A stretch of DNA of 63,741 nt, counting the filler, from Octopus bimaculoides (Eukaryota): assembly GCF_001194135.2 (NCBI RefSeq). It is 4 parts of 4 records of this genome, joined end to end, with 100 filler letters (N's around TTAATTAATTAA, not from the genome) between each part and the next. Parts side by side here need not be neighbours in the genome. Positions count along the whole stretch, not along the records: positions 1 to 29,875 come from NC_068988.1; 3 more parts are not named here. One strand, written 5' to 3'. The translations under genes and the position numbers were made by a program. The notes under the pieces are model-generated. The model had not been told where the DNA came from and did no database searches. It saw nothing but the letters and a program-made list of their open reading frames with translations. Below, in pieces: positions 13,061 through 25,211 of the stretch. Numbering within the stretch: the first letter of the stretch is position 1; every line of letters begins with the position of its first letter.

Positions 13061-13186
13061 ATGATATCAAACACGTGTTGCGCTCCTGGTGGCTAATTAT
13101 TTTAGGGGAGACAATCTTCTTTTAGTTTAAAGTAAGTTGAGTCAAATTTGCATGTTTGGAATAACGAAGATGTACGGAACATGCAG

Positions 13187-13420
13187 CAATGTTTCCCAAC
13201 ATATTTTTCCCCAGGCCCCACAATAACTTTCCAGAAAAATGTATGCCCTACCGGTGGTTGGAAAAACGTATAGGTGTAGCATGTTTGTTGTGACTAAAAG
13301 ATTTTCTCAATTCCATGTCCAAATAAAAAAAAAAAAGAAAAAGAAATATGGATTCCACGCCCCACCACAATTTTCCCGGCCTCCACCGGTGAGGTGTATG
13401 TTCCACGTTAGGAACCACTG
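13187..13420. mobile_element. hAT-like MITE (234 bp)
   Basis: TIRs CAATGTTTCCCAAC / GTTAGGAACCACTG (11/14 match); flanking 8-mers ACATGCAG / ACATACAC (6/8), a degenerate TSD. Confidence 0.55.
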
Positions 13421-13768
13421 ACATACACCATTGGTAGGTAGCCATGTATAGCTATTCTTTTTGAATTGTCAGTACAGCATACATAGAAATTGCTTCAATT
13501 AAGCTGAATTCAGCATATTACGAAGTTGGGCGTATAACATCGAGAGAAAATAGTCTATAGTTTAAAAGTATCCTTGAGTTTTTCTTCATTTTATATCGTG
13601 AATTATACAGCAATAGACAAATGAGAAAGCGAGGAAGCGGAATTTCTCACATGTAGGTCAATATTTCCAGGGTTCTTAACTGTCCATTAGAAGATAATAT
13701 CAAATATTAAAGACAATATATCCTTCTTTACGTTCAGATTTTAATTTCCGTTCAGGACAACTTTGCTT

Positions 13769-13878
13769 TTCATCCTTTTGTGGGATTGATAAAATAAGTA
13801 CTAGTTATGTACTGAGATTGATGTAATCGACTTACTCCTCCCCCGAAATTGCTGTACCAAACTTTGAAACCAATATTA
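13769..13878 (+). mobile_element. SINE module D, 3' fragment
   Basis: TCATCCTTT...GATAAAATAAGTAC...TAATCGACT matches 51614-51836. Confidence 0.6.
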
Positions 13879-14204
13879 AAGACGATATATTTTTCTGCAT
13901 TATCCTCATTACAATTTTATTAAACATATATGACTCGAAAAGCTAAAGAAATCGTTTCTTCGTTTATAGATTCAATCATAGTTGATTAAATAAACAGAAA
14001 CATTTGGAGTTTAATCATTAGCACATGCTTTTCTATAAAATCATATTANNNNNNNNNNNNNNNNNNNNNNNNNNNNNNNNNNNNNNNNNNNNNNNNNNNN
14101 NNNNNNNNNNNNNNNNNNNNNNNNNNNNNNNNNNNNNNNNNNNNNNNNNNNNNNNNNNNNNNNNNNNNNNNNNNNNNNNNNNNNNNNNNNNNNNNNNNNN
14201 NNNN

Positions 14205-14275
<71 letters not shown>

Positions 14276-14749
14276 ACAAACACACTCTCACACATGCATA
14301 CACACACATTGTGTGAGTGTTCTCTTCATTCTCATCTCGTTCCCCCGTAAACCACTTTTCAAACTGATGTGTCATCATCCGAAACTTCACATTGACCCCC
14401 AAACTTACAGTAATGTTATATTACGATATATATTCAGTAATCCACGATTATCACTTCAGTAAGAAACGCTTTCGCATCATCTAAAGTGTCATTATCCGCC
14501 TCATTCAACCACACATCAACGATATACTACTTTCAATACATTTTCATAACATGAGAGGCATTACAATTAAAGGGAAACAACTCTTTAAAAATAAAATATG
14601 GTTATTTCCCTTAGAACATAACTGCAAAGGTTGACGAGTTTTTATGGTGAGCAATGAAAACTGGAATTCATTTCCGTTGTCAGATTGGAAATATTTCAAC
14701 TTATTAACATTGATAATATTCTTAGAAAAGGCATGACTGTGCATATCTC

Positions 14750-15451
14750 GGATCTAGTTCAAAACGGGGGCACCAGTATTTTCTTAACGAAACGCTTTGA
14801 AACTTGGGACACTGGTAGAATGTGTCATATAAAACATCTTTTTCTCTTAGTCTTCTTAACAAAAAAACGTACATCGCAAGTTATTTCATGTTAAAGTTGT
14901 CGTATTTCTGTAATTTCAACCAATGACTGACGTCCATTCAGTCGAATACAGTAAGTGCTGACTACGTAAACAAACGATTCTCAAACGATTCTGGCGGTGA
15001 TAAAATTATTATTTCCTTGTCAAAAAATGGCTGAAGCATATTGGCAGTAGGGTTAGGGTTAGGGTTAGGGTTAGGCAGTAGCTAATAAACCTTTCATACG
15101 GTTCAGGCAGAGGTTAACGAAATAAACACGCGTGAAAGAAAATGAAAAAAGCAAATGTTGTACACATACAGTTCAGGCAGATGTTAACGAAATTATAAAT
15201 GGAGATTAAATACGATTTACACCGCTTAAACTGCCAAAGGAGTAAGTATAAACAGCTGAATACTTGTCAGTGATTGGTTGAAATTATCAAAATAAGACAA
15301 TTTTTTTACATGAAATAACTCCGAATACAAAACTTTTTTTCTATTCTATAACACAAAATAGATAAGTATACGAAGTTTGAAAGTCTTTCGGTACCAAAAA
15401 CACTACATAAAACATAAATGAAAACTGGTGCCCCCGTTTTGAACTAGATCC
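14750..15451. mobile_element. Non-autonomous DNA transposon (Merlin-like MITE), 702 bp
   Basis: Perfect 28-bp TIRs (14750-14777, 15424-15451) starting GG; perfect 8-bp TSD CATATCTC (14742-14749, 15452-15459). Superfamily inferred from the GG terminus and 8-bp TSD. Confidence 0.85.
15049..15075 (+). repeat. Telomere-type (TTAGGG)n tract inside the MITE
   Basis: AGGG(TTAGGG)3TTAGG. Confidence 0.95.
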
Positions 15452-15889
15452 CATATCTCCACCACTTAAAATATAACTGATTAAAATGAAGCAAATAATG
15501 AAGTACGTAGCCATATTGTCTAATAGTCACATTTTAACGATATGTTGCATCGTTCGCATGTAGTCCACTATTGATATATATCCAAATCATGGTTTTCACA
15601 TGCAAGCATGTATTACCTAATAGTATGCATGTACGGCATACCTACTCATGTGCCCCCCCCCCCCNNNNNNNNNNCCGGCATAATGCCTCTCTCAAGGTTT
15701 AATTGTATTTCTTTCAACACACGCATCCACATCAAGAATCTTGCACACGAAATACGCATACGAAAATTATATCAGAATTTGATTGTTAAAAAAATGGTGG
15801 GCCCTCGCACATACATGCTGACACACATCACATAACTTTTACAAAATTTCGCATTTCGTTTTGTAGATTTATATATGATGTGTATCAGT

Positions 15890-15920
<31 letters not shown>

Positions 15921-16089
15921 CACACATATCGGTAGTTGGCGGGTGGGGGGTTGTGTTGCATATACTGCTCTTCCGTTTATTGTTTTCGGTGTTTTTGTAC
16001 TGGGGAGCAGATATATGAATACAGTCCCAACCTTTCCAATTTTGTTCCAACGGAACATCGAGCATGTGATTATAGCTGGAGTGGTGAAG

Positions 16090-16240
16090 AATATGCCGGC
16101 ACTAGGCTGCTATCCATTTACAGCTAAGCAGACTGAAAGCAACATGAAAGGAAACATCTTGTGCAAGACAGCGCACCGCCCAGTCCAGGAATCGAACACA
16201 CCTAATCACTGTGAGCCATATACCCTAACCACTAGATGTG
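16090..16240 (-). mobile_element. tRNA-derived CORE-like SINE, diverged
   Basis: Minus strand TAGTGGTTAGGGT...GTTCGATTCC...TCTTGCACAAGAT; related to 43950-44087. Confidence 0.55.
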
Positions 16241-16254
16241 CTGTGAATTAGGTC

Positions 16255-16430
16255 TTGCAGTAGACGTTCAGTGCATATCGCAGGATATATTTAGAAGATA
16301 TTGCAGTAGATGTACTGTGAAGTAGGTCTTGCAGTAACGTGCAGTGGATATTGCAGGATATATTCAGTAGATGTTGCAGTAAATATGCTGTGTAGATATT
16401 GCAGTAGACGGGTAGTGGATATTGCAGCAG
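16255..16430. repeat. Second, shorter array of the GCAGTAGATATT minisatellite
   Basis: Same subunit order as 7654-7800. Confidence 0.8.
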
Positions 16431-16473
16431 TTGGGCTGCAACACCCTACCCACTTAGCCTGGCCCCTTCACTG

Positions 16474-16505
<32 letters not shown>

Positions 16506-16511
16506 TTTTTG

Positions 16512-16551
<40 letters not shown>

Positions 16552-16667
16552 ACACACACACACTGTATTTATAAGTGTGTATGTTACTGTTAAAAGATTA
16601 AGAGTAAATAAAATGCAACAATGACACAGTTTTGATTCTTTTAAAAAATTTACTTTGATAAAACCTT

Positions 16668-16673
16668 TTTATT
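16668..16673 (-). terminator. Candidate AATAAA polyadenylation signal of the minus-strand gene
   Basis: About 350 nt downstream of the stop at 17024, followed by a U-rich tract on the minus strand. Confidence 0.3.
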
Positions 16674-17023
16674 AAAGTCCCGTGGTCCATACAAAACAAT
16701 GAAAGACAAAAGAAAATGCATGTATATATACATGAGTGCGTGTGTGCGTGTAGGTGTGTGTGTGTGTGTGTGTGTGCGTGCGTGTGTGTGAGTCTGTGTG
16801 TATATGTATGAATATGCATATGCATGTGTCACTGTATGTATATATATATATATATATGCATAGAGTGTGTATATATGCGTGTGTGTGTGTTTTTTGTGTG
16901 TGTATATACAGCCAATATATACGCAAAAACATACGTATGTGTATGTATGTGTGCGTGTGCGTGCGCACGCGTGTGAGTTTGTGCAAAATTGGCAACAATA
17001 TGCACTGACAACTGAGTACCAAA

Positions 17024-18490
17024 TCACAAAGAAGTCTGTTTGAATGGTAATACCTTTGATTGAAAGGGTGTTGTGCCCTTTAAATTCCAATTATTTGTGG
17101 ACACATTCACTCCACTTTTATAAACATGTCTCGAACTTTTATTTGGATTTACAATGAGATTTGTATCGTTGCCTTTGTTCTCACAATTGAAGTCACATGA
17201 TCTGTTGTCATGCGTATCGGCTGAGATCCAACTGGTGTCCGAATGTATACTCAACTGTCGTCGTTCTCTGGGCGTGCTGGCAACTGATGCTCCGTAACCC
17301 TCATCGGAAGTGAAACTGAGATTATCTCCCTTAGCAATATGGAAGCTTCTATTACTGTCATTCTCCGTTTGAGAATTGTGTTTTGTAGGTATTCTGTTAT
17401 TCTCGTTCTTTAAATTATTTTTCTTTCTGAATTCCTCAGAATAGCGTTCTGTATTGCTGTCGCTCTTCGTGTCCCTCTTTCTATTACATTCTGACATGCT
17501 ATTTTTGTCAAGGTTTACTGTGTTTCGACAAACGGAGCTCTCCAGTTGAACGTTATTTTTTTTCTGTTCTTCAGTTTTTGAACTTCGTGAAAAGTTCTGT
17601 GTTGGTTTAGAGTTTTCCTTAGAATTGGACGAGTGGTCCTGTTTTTTATTTAAACCACGGCTTCCAGACTGCTTATCAACGTGTCTCTGACTCCCATCAA
17701 CGTCATTTTGCGGTCGATATTCTGTATATTTGTGTGTGTGGTTATCACTTGCTTTTTGCCCCATTTTTCTTGGTTCTTCTGACGTCTGCTTGAATTGACA
17801 CAGCGAAAAATCGAAACTTCTACGGCTGACCTTCTTGATATCAGAACTGCTGGCTCGCCTAAGTAAAGGATCGAACTGAGAAACTCGAAAATCCTTATTG
17901 TAGTTCATACCTACAGTAAATGAACCTCGCCTGTTAATTTTGACGTCTTTAGAGACCCCAAGACAGTTGCAAATCTGGTTTTTTGTCTTCGTACTGCTTA
18001 CATTTCTCTGGCTATCACTACCTGCGTTGAGTATTTTATCGTCCTCATCAATTTTCGAGTGATACTGACGTAAAACAGCATGCATGGGACTCGGGTACTC
18101 CCTGCTGGCTGTTAAAGGTGACATTTCTCCTTTTCGCTTCGTAAGTACAGCATGACATTGAAAACTAGCTCTGCGCATGGTGGAGAAGGTCTCTAATTCG
18201 CTGTGGATATTCTCCAAAGGATTGGTCCATTCTACCAATCTGTTCGACACACACCCTAAATCATATCGGAAAGCATCAGATCTCCCATAATGCTCTAGTC
18301 CAGGATAACCGGAAACACTAACTGGACGTTTTGTTTGACGTCGATAATTCGTTTGATTGTTATTGTTTTTCCAAGATGGGTTGCGTTCGACATTTGACCT
18401 ACTGTTCTCATCTTTCACGGATTCCTCACAAATTTTCTCTAAGTTCGTCACAGACAGACGAGTGCGGCAGTTGGACAACCATTCTTTAGC
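17024..18490 (-). CDS. Large terminal coding exon (488 aa) of an unidentified host gene; S/N/K/R-rich, probably disordered C-terminal region
   Basis: 1467-bp non-repetitive stop-free frame in AT-rich DNA; long pyrimidine tract plus CAG acceptor (18493-18491) before GCT AAA GAA TGG (phase 0); TGA at 17026-17024. The ORF-track start at 18541 is intronic. Confidence 0.85.
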   Translation of the reverse strand, partial: AKEWLSNCRTRLSVTNLEKICEESVKDENSRSNVERNPSWKNNNNQTNYRRQTKRPVSVSGYPGLEHYGRSDAFRYDLGCVSNRLVEWTNPLENIHSELETFSTMRRASFQCHAVLTKRKGEMSPLTASREYPSPMHAVLRQYHSKIDEDDKILNAGSDSQRNVSSTKTKNQICNCLGVSKDVKINRRGSFTVGMNYNKDFRVSQFDPLLRRASSSDIKKVSRRSFDFSLCQFKQTSEEPRKMGQKASDNHTHKYTEYRPQNDVDGSQRHVDKQSGSRGLNKKQDHSSNSKENSKPTQNFSRSSKTEEQKKNNVQLESSVCRNTVNLDKNSMSECNRKRDTKSDSNTERYSEEFRKKNNLKNENNRIPTKHNSQTENDSNRSFHIAKGDNLSFTSDEGYGASVASTPRERRQLSIHSDTSWISADTHDNRSCDFNCENKGNDTNLIVNPNKSSRHVYKSGVNVSTNNWNLKGTTPFQSKVLPFKQTSL

Positions 18491-18713
18491 CTGAAAAAGA
18501 AAACAAAAATGTGAAAGAAAAAAAACAAACAATGTAGTCAACTAATGGTTAAAAGAAAGAAATTTTTAAAGTGGCAAAATAACAGAATTTTTACATTTTG
18601 TTTCAATATAAAGAAGAAAACGTATGTGTGTATGTATTAAACGCTGAGTTGCATACAGATAGGAGTGAATTAAATTTTGTAGGGAACTGAGTGCAATCTT
18701 GTTTTCTAGTTAA

Positions 18714-18933
18714 TCCCTTAACATTCACATTATTTTGTCGAATTTAATGCTTGTTTATTTACATTGTTTTCAATTAATCATGCATTATCTTGTAGCTTTG
18801 AGATTTTGATAATGTGACTGTTTACTTTTAGAATTACATTGTATGGTAGTGGTGATAGTTTGGATGTGGTCAGTTTGAGCATAAAACAGAAAGAACACCT
18901 GGGCCAGTAATGGTCGGTTTCAATGCTAAAGGG
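18714..18933. mobile_element. piggyBac-like (TTAA) MITE
   Basis: TTAA at 18710-18713 and 18934-18937; degenerate TIR CCCTTAAACATT / AATGCTAAAGGG. Confidence 0.5.
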
Positions 18934-19224
18934 TTAAACCAAAGTTTGCAGTCAGATTATCAACGTGCCTCTGGCTCCTGTCGATATCATTTTGTGATCG
19001 ATATCCTGTACATCTGTCCGTGTGGTTACCATTTGCTTATTGTGTTGATTATTTTGATCCTTCGGAAGTCGGTTTCGCTTGAACCGAAACAATGCAGTTT
19101 CAGTTCTCAGTTGAATCTATTTTATTTAAATTATGTTTTGGAATAAAAATGTCACGAATGTCACCATTCCGTTTTTTCTATCCCGCGCCTCTTTTTTTTT
19201 GGGGGGGGGGGGTTAAAAAGTACT

Positions 19225-19390
19225 ATTTATTATATTCCTAATCATAGATACCTACGAATGATTATTGACTTTTATTAACTTCAGAAAAGCAAAGACGACC
19301 TCGGCAGAATTTGAACTCAGAACGTAGCGACGGGCGAAATACCACTAAGCATTTTGTCCAAAGTGCTAACTATTCTGCTGGCTCACCGCT
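19225..19390 (-). mobile_element. SINE module D, 5' part
   Basis: GACCTCGGCAGAATTTGAACTCAGAACGT...GAAATACC...AAGCATTT is the reverse complement of 51614-51836. Confidence 0.75.
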
Positions 19391-19430
19391 TTTAGTGAAG
19401 TAAAATAGTTGTTCTTTTATGAGGCAAAAT

Positions 19431-20473
19431 AAGCAAGAGCACTTAGAGAGTGCAAACTTCCGCCAAGGCAACATCAACGTCCTCTAAACGATTAGCCAAA
19501 GATGATTTTTAAAATAAGAATATCTGAAATAAACTTGACTGCTCTCACAAACGAGAATACTAAAAATGAACCTGACCGCTCTCAAAAATTAAGTTTAAAA
19601 ACCGGAAAAATAATCCAGAATCCTTGTCCGGAACCTGATCGCATCCCAACGGTAGTCTTGGAGTATGAAAATGGATGTGTGTGCTGTATTTGTAATGCTG
19701 TGTGTGTGTCGTCTGCAGTGGAAACTGGGACACTTTTCTCTATGAAGGCCTTTTCTAGTCTAACCACAGCCGCTAAGATCTATAGTGAAAAGTTTATCAG
19801 TGAGTGAAAGCAAACGGGAAGGACCTGCATACGGTGTTGTAAACGGAGGTTTAAAAACATCGTTGCGCACAAAAATGTGAGTCCAAGAAGTAACGCTTCC
19901 TTGAAGGCAGAGCTAGAAATGCAATTGTCAAGCAGGTAAGAGGTTTTAAACAGGAGCGATTTATTCAAAATTGGTAAAACTAAAAATTGTCGGGGATAAA
20001 TTAAAATTTATTATTGTTACTGAATATATTAATGTTGTCTAGTTTCTGAACAGTTTTACTGCCATTTGCTTATGTACTTTGATTTCTTTATCCATCAGTT
20101 TCTACTAAGACAGAGACCCGAGTAAAATTAATAATAGAGAAACGAAAATAAAACTTCGGAAACAGCAACGCTGCCATAACGTATGTGGAAACCATGAGCG
20201 TACTTTCAAGGGAGATATTCAGAGAAAGACTTGAAAGTCAACGTAAGATCGTAATACTTCATGTAAAGTAAATATAACAAATAATCCAGAATCCTTGTCC
20301 GGTACCGGATCGATTCTAAAATTTAATCAGTTCGTGCCAGTCACGAGGCTAAACATTTCTGAAAGTTTCATCCGCAGCCATCCAGCGGTTCTTGAGATAT
20401 CTTGTCCACGGACAAACAAACGAACAAACACGACTGAAAACAATACCTCCGCCTTCGCTAAGGCGGAGGTAAT
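19431..20473 (+). mobile_element. Helentron/HINE-like non-autonomous element split by an about 630-bp insert
   Basis: 5' ACTTCCGCC (19456-19464) is inverted relative to the 3' GGCGGAGGT; perfect 12-bp 3' hairpin (20444-20471); internal (CAAA)n; 34-bp duplication (19608-19641, 20279-20312) flanks the insert. Confidence 0.55.
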
Positions 20474-20753
20474 AAATGATGGGTCGGGAGGTGGTAATCA
20501 CATTTGATCACGTAGTACACAAGCAGCAAACTAAAAAGCATTTGACTTGATGTAGTACTCTAATAGTACCTTATACACACACATACATAGATACATACAT
20601 ACATGCATACACACACACACTCATGTATATATACAAAACGTGTCTCCAACCCACGATCTACGACCTTATGTTCATGAGCCGAACACCGTAACCACCGGGT
20701 CACACCTATTCACTACAGTACCTGAATCCATCCTTTATAGTACATATTACACG

Positions 20754-20796
<43 letters not shown>

Positions 20797-21539
20797 NNNN
20801 NNNNNNNNNNNNNNNNNNNNNNNNNNNNNNNNNNNNNNNNNNNNNNNNNNNNNNNNNNNNNNNNNNNNNNNNNNNNNNNNNNNNNNNNNNNNNNNNNNNN
20901 NNNNNNNNNNNNNNNNNNNNNNNNNNNNNNNNNNNNNNNNNNNNNNNNNNNNNNNNNNNNNNNNNNNNNNNNNNNNNNNNNNNNNNNNNNNNNNNNNNNN
21001 NNNNNNNNNNNNNNNNNNNNNNNNNNNNNNNNNNNNNNNNNNNNNNNNNNNNNNNNNNNNNNNNNNNNNNNNNNNNNNNNNNNNNNNNNNNNNNNNNNNN
21101 NNNNNNNNNNNNNNNNNNNNNNNNNNNNNNNNNNNNNNNNNNNNNNNNNNNNNNNNNNNNNNNNNNNNNNNNNNNNNNNNNNNNNNNNNNNNNNNNNNNN
21201 NNNNNNNNNNNNNNNNNNNNNNNNNNNNNNNNNNNNNNNNNNNNNNNNNNNNNNNNNNNNNNNNNNNNNNNNNNNNNNNNNNNNNNNNNNNNNNNNNNNN
21301 NNNNNNNNNNNNNNNNNNNNNNNNNNNNNNNNNNNNNNNNNNNCCTCTGTATTTCTACCCTGCTTTCATTGAGTATTATCCTTTACAAAAAGATTTAAAA
21401 AACGTTAAAAAGAGTTTCTTCCCAAATATGCCAAGGTTTATAAGCCAGGTGTCTATTTATACATTACATCCTCTTCCACCACCACCACTACCACCGCTGT
21501 TGTTTATATTCCATAGCAGTAATTGCTTTCGCCTCAATA

Positions 21540-21645
21540 GACGTCAGTGATTGGTTGAAATTACCGAAATACGACAATTTTTTACATGAAATAACTTCGA
21601 ATACAAAAATTTTTATCTGTTCTATAACACAAAATATACAAGTAT
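21540..21645. mobile_element. Fragment of the same MITE family as 14750-15451
   Basis: GTCAGTGATTGGTTGAAATTA...TTTTACATGAAATAACT...TTCTATAACACAAAATA matches 15265-15365. Confidence 0.75.
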
Positions 21646-21699
21646 ACACATTATACATAGACACTATTAGTTAAACAGAGTGTTTGTTACACACACACA

Positions 21700-21729
<30 letters not shown>

Positions 21730-21736
<7 letters not shown>

Positions 21737-22140
21737 TATCTATTACACATAGGAAGTATTCATTACACAGAGATTGCGGTGTTTCACACACAGGGTAACC
21801 ACTACACATTTAGCGTATCTATTACACAGACACACAATAGCTATTACACACATAGACCAACGATTATACACGGGAAGTATTTATTATACAGAGAGAGTAT
21901 TGATTACACAGAAAAAAGGTGTTTATTACACACATAGAGTAATTACAGATAAACATACACACGCAAGCACACGCGTGCGCATATACGGTTTTACACTGAC
22001 GATGTGTTACACGTAGAGAGTATAACACACAGAATATTGTTTACACGTGCACACATCATCTATAACATAGATATACTGTTTATTACTTATTACACACACA
22101 CACACAATTTACAACACGTTGAAGATAATACTATACACGG
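21730..22140. repeat. Degenerate TATTACACA-containing minisatellite
   Basis: Recurring (A)GTATTTATTACACA(G/C) motif roughly every 20-25 bp. Confidence 0.55.
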
Positions 22141-22382
22141 TAAAAGAGGATTAAGTTTCATTAGAGAGGAGGGGTGGGTATTCAAACATCTCACACAGAA
22201 GACATGGATTAGGGTTTAAGAAGAATCTAGAGAGATTACTGAAGAAAAGATTAACTTCAATCCTGTATGCACCTCTCCTCTTTGGAAGACGTCGTGTGTG
22301 TGTGTGTGTGTATTTATATAACGACTGAGATTATCTGACCCGAGACAATAGTGTATGTGTGTGTATATATATATATATATAT

Positions 22383-22424
<42 letters not shown>

Positions 22425-23024
22425 ACACACATACATACATATATATNNNNNNNNNNNNNNNNNNNNNNNNNNNNNNNNNNNNNNNNNNNNNNNNNNNNNN
22501 NNNNNNNNNNNNNNNNNNNNNNNNNNNNNNNNNNNNNNNNNNNNNNNNNNNNNNNNNNNNNNNNNNNNNNNNNNNNNNNNNNNNNNNNNNNNNNNNNNNN
22601 NNNNNNNNNNNNNNNNNNNNNNNNNNNNNNNNNNNNNNNNNNNNNNNNNNNNNNNNNNNNNNNNNNNNNNNNNNNNNNNNNNNNNNNNNNNNNNNNNNNN
22701 NNNNNNNNNNNNNNNNNNNNNNNNNNNNNNNNNNNNNNNNNNNNNNNNNNNNNNNNNNNNNNNNNNNNNNNNNNNNNNNNNNNNNNNNNNNNNNNNNNNN
22801 NNNNNNNNNNNNNNNNNNNNNNNNNNNNNNNNNNNNNNNNNNNNNNNNNNNNNNNNNNNNNNNNNNNNNNNNNNNNNNNNNNNNNNNNNNNNNNNNNNNN
22901 NNNNNNNNNNNNNNNNNNNNNNNNNNNNNNNNNNNNNNNNNNNNNNNNNNNNNNNNNNNNNNNNNNNNNNNNNNNNNNNNNNNNNNNNNNNNNNNNNNNN
23001 NNNNNNNNNNNNNNNNNNNNNNNN

Positions 23025-23388
23025 GGTTAGGGCAGCGGACTCGCGGTCATAGAATCGCGGTTTCGATTCCCAGACCGGGCGTTGTGAGTGTTTATTAAGC
23101 GAAAACACCTAATGCTCCACGAAGCTCCGGCAGAGGATGGTGGCGAACCCTGCTGTACTCTTTCACCACAACTTTCTCTCACTCTTTCTTCCTGTTTCTG
23201 TTGTACCTGTATTTCAAAGGGGCCAGCCTTGTCACACTGTGTCACGCTGAATATCCCCGAGAACATATGTTAAGGGTACACGTGTCTGTGGAGTGCTCAG
23301 CCACTTGCACGTTAATTTCACAAGCAGGCTGTTCCACTGATCGGATCAACTGGAGCCCTCGACGTTGTAAGCGACGGAGGGCCAACAA
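23025..23388 (+). mobile_element. SINE module C, near full length
   Basis: Highly similar to 25611-25959; 5' end lost in a gap; ends GCCAACAA. Confidence 0.85.
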
Positions 23389-23660
23389 ATAGTACTTTAT
23401 ACACACATAGTAAATGCGTGCATTCCAGACGGTTTGACACTTTTTTTAGGAGACGCAGTCATAACTGTAATTTTAGTATATAATTATTATACATCTAATA
23501 AGCTCACCCGCCAACATTTTCATTCTTTATGGAAGGAAGCAGCTGAAACACCACTTTGAACACATCCTACTAAATACTGCTTGTCACAGTTAATTTGCAG
23601 AATGCAGTCGCGACGTGATGGCAATTTGCAATCATGCTTTGAAAACAGATCAATACCAGT

Positions 23661-23778
23661 ACCTAACCTAACCCTTACCCTAACCCTTATCCCTTAACCC
23701 TAATCCTAACTCTAATTTTAACCCTAAACTAAGTCCGAACCCCGAAACCTAAACCCCACCCCTACTCCTAATCCTAAG
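23661..23778. repeat. Degenerate interstitial (CCCTAA)n-like tract
   Basis: About 20 hexamer variants (CCTAAC, CCTTAC, CCTAAT). Confidence 0.7.
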
Positions 23779-23834
23779 CCAGATTAGGTCATTTCACAGC
23801 GTAGATTACAGATACTGCGGTAGACTGCAAGCTA

Positions 23835-23884
<50 letters not shown>

Positions 23885-24705
23885 ATACATGCGTTTGTTT
23901 TTATGTTCAGTATTAATAAAAGCAATTTTAGATTAATCTGTTGGGTTGCTCTATACTTTGGTAGAGTACAAATTTATTNNNNNNNNNNNNNNNNNNNNNN
24001 NNNNNNNNNNNNNNNNNNNNNNNNNNNNNNNNNNNNNNNNNNNNNNNNNNNNNNNNNNNNNNNNNNNNNNNNNNNNNNNNNNNNNNNNNNNNNNNNNNNN
24101 NNNNNNNNNNNNNNNNNNNNNNNNNNNNNNNNNNNNNNNNNNNNNNNNNNNNNNNNNNNNNNNNNNNNNNNNNNNNNNNNNNNNNNNNNNNNNNNNNNNN
24201 NNNNNNNNNNNNNNNNNNNNNNNNNNNNNNNNNNNNNNNNNNNNNNNNNNNNNNNNNNNNNNNNNNNNNNNNNNNNNNNNNNNNNNNNNNNNNNNNNNNN
24301 NNNNNNNNNNNNNNNNNNNNNNNNNNNNNNNNNNNNNNNNNNNNNNNNNNNNNNNNNNNNNNNNNNNNNNNNNNNNNNNNNNNNNNNNNNNNNNNNNNNN
24401 NNNNNNNNNNNNNNNNNNNNNNNNNNNNNNNNNNNNNNNNNNNNNNNNNNNNNNNNNNNNNNNNNNNNNNNNNNNNNNNNNNNNNNNNNNNNNNNNNNNN
24501 NNNNNNNNNNNNNNNNNNNNNNNNNNNNNNNNNNNNNNNNNNNNNNNNNNNNNNNNNNNNNNNNNNNNNNNNNNNNNNNNNNNNNNNNNNNNNNNNNNNN
24601 NNNNNNNNNNNNNNNNNNNNNNNNNNNNNNNNNNNNNNNNNNNNNNNNTTGTATATGTGTGTGTGTGTGTGTACATATATATAAGATAAGGAGACAAATA
24701 AGCAA

Positions 24706-24748
<43 letters not shown>

Positions 24749-25211
24749 AGAGAGTTAGGGGTTGAAGATTCAACCCACTAAGGGATAGTATCTATCCAAT
24801 ATACTGCTGGGCGGGTACCCAATTATTGTTACGCTAGTGTTAATATTTGTATATGTATACGTATGTGTGAGGGGATAGACGGATATAGATACGCATGTGT
24901 ACTCACATATATATATATGATCTTGAATCATTGAACATCTAAGTATGGTTATGCACACGGACTTATATATTGCGGTGTCTATAGCTATTTGTATGACCTC
25001 ATGTACTGTTTGTAGGCTTTTTATGTGCCTTATATTTTTATATTTTTATATTTTTATATTTTTTATATGATATATTTTCATTTTTCATTTATTTATTTTA
25101 TATTTTATTCTTGCTGTACCCTTATTTTTATTTTTATTTTTGTTTTTATTTTTATTTCTATTTCATTTTTGTTTTTATCTCTTACTGTATATTTGTATGG
25201 AATTTTTTGTG

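Noticed and set aside
14544-14744. QSDNGNEF integrase-like motif
   Set aside because: Isolated short match; the flanking integrase residues are absent.
19064-19095. Hairpin followed by GAAAC
   Set aside because: No CUGANGA box in register, so not a hammerhead.
19502-19968. Three short overlapping ORFs as exons of the host gene
   Set aside because: No consistent acceptor, donor and frame combination; they overlap transposon sequence.
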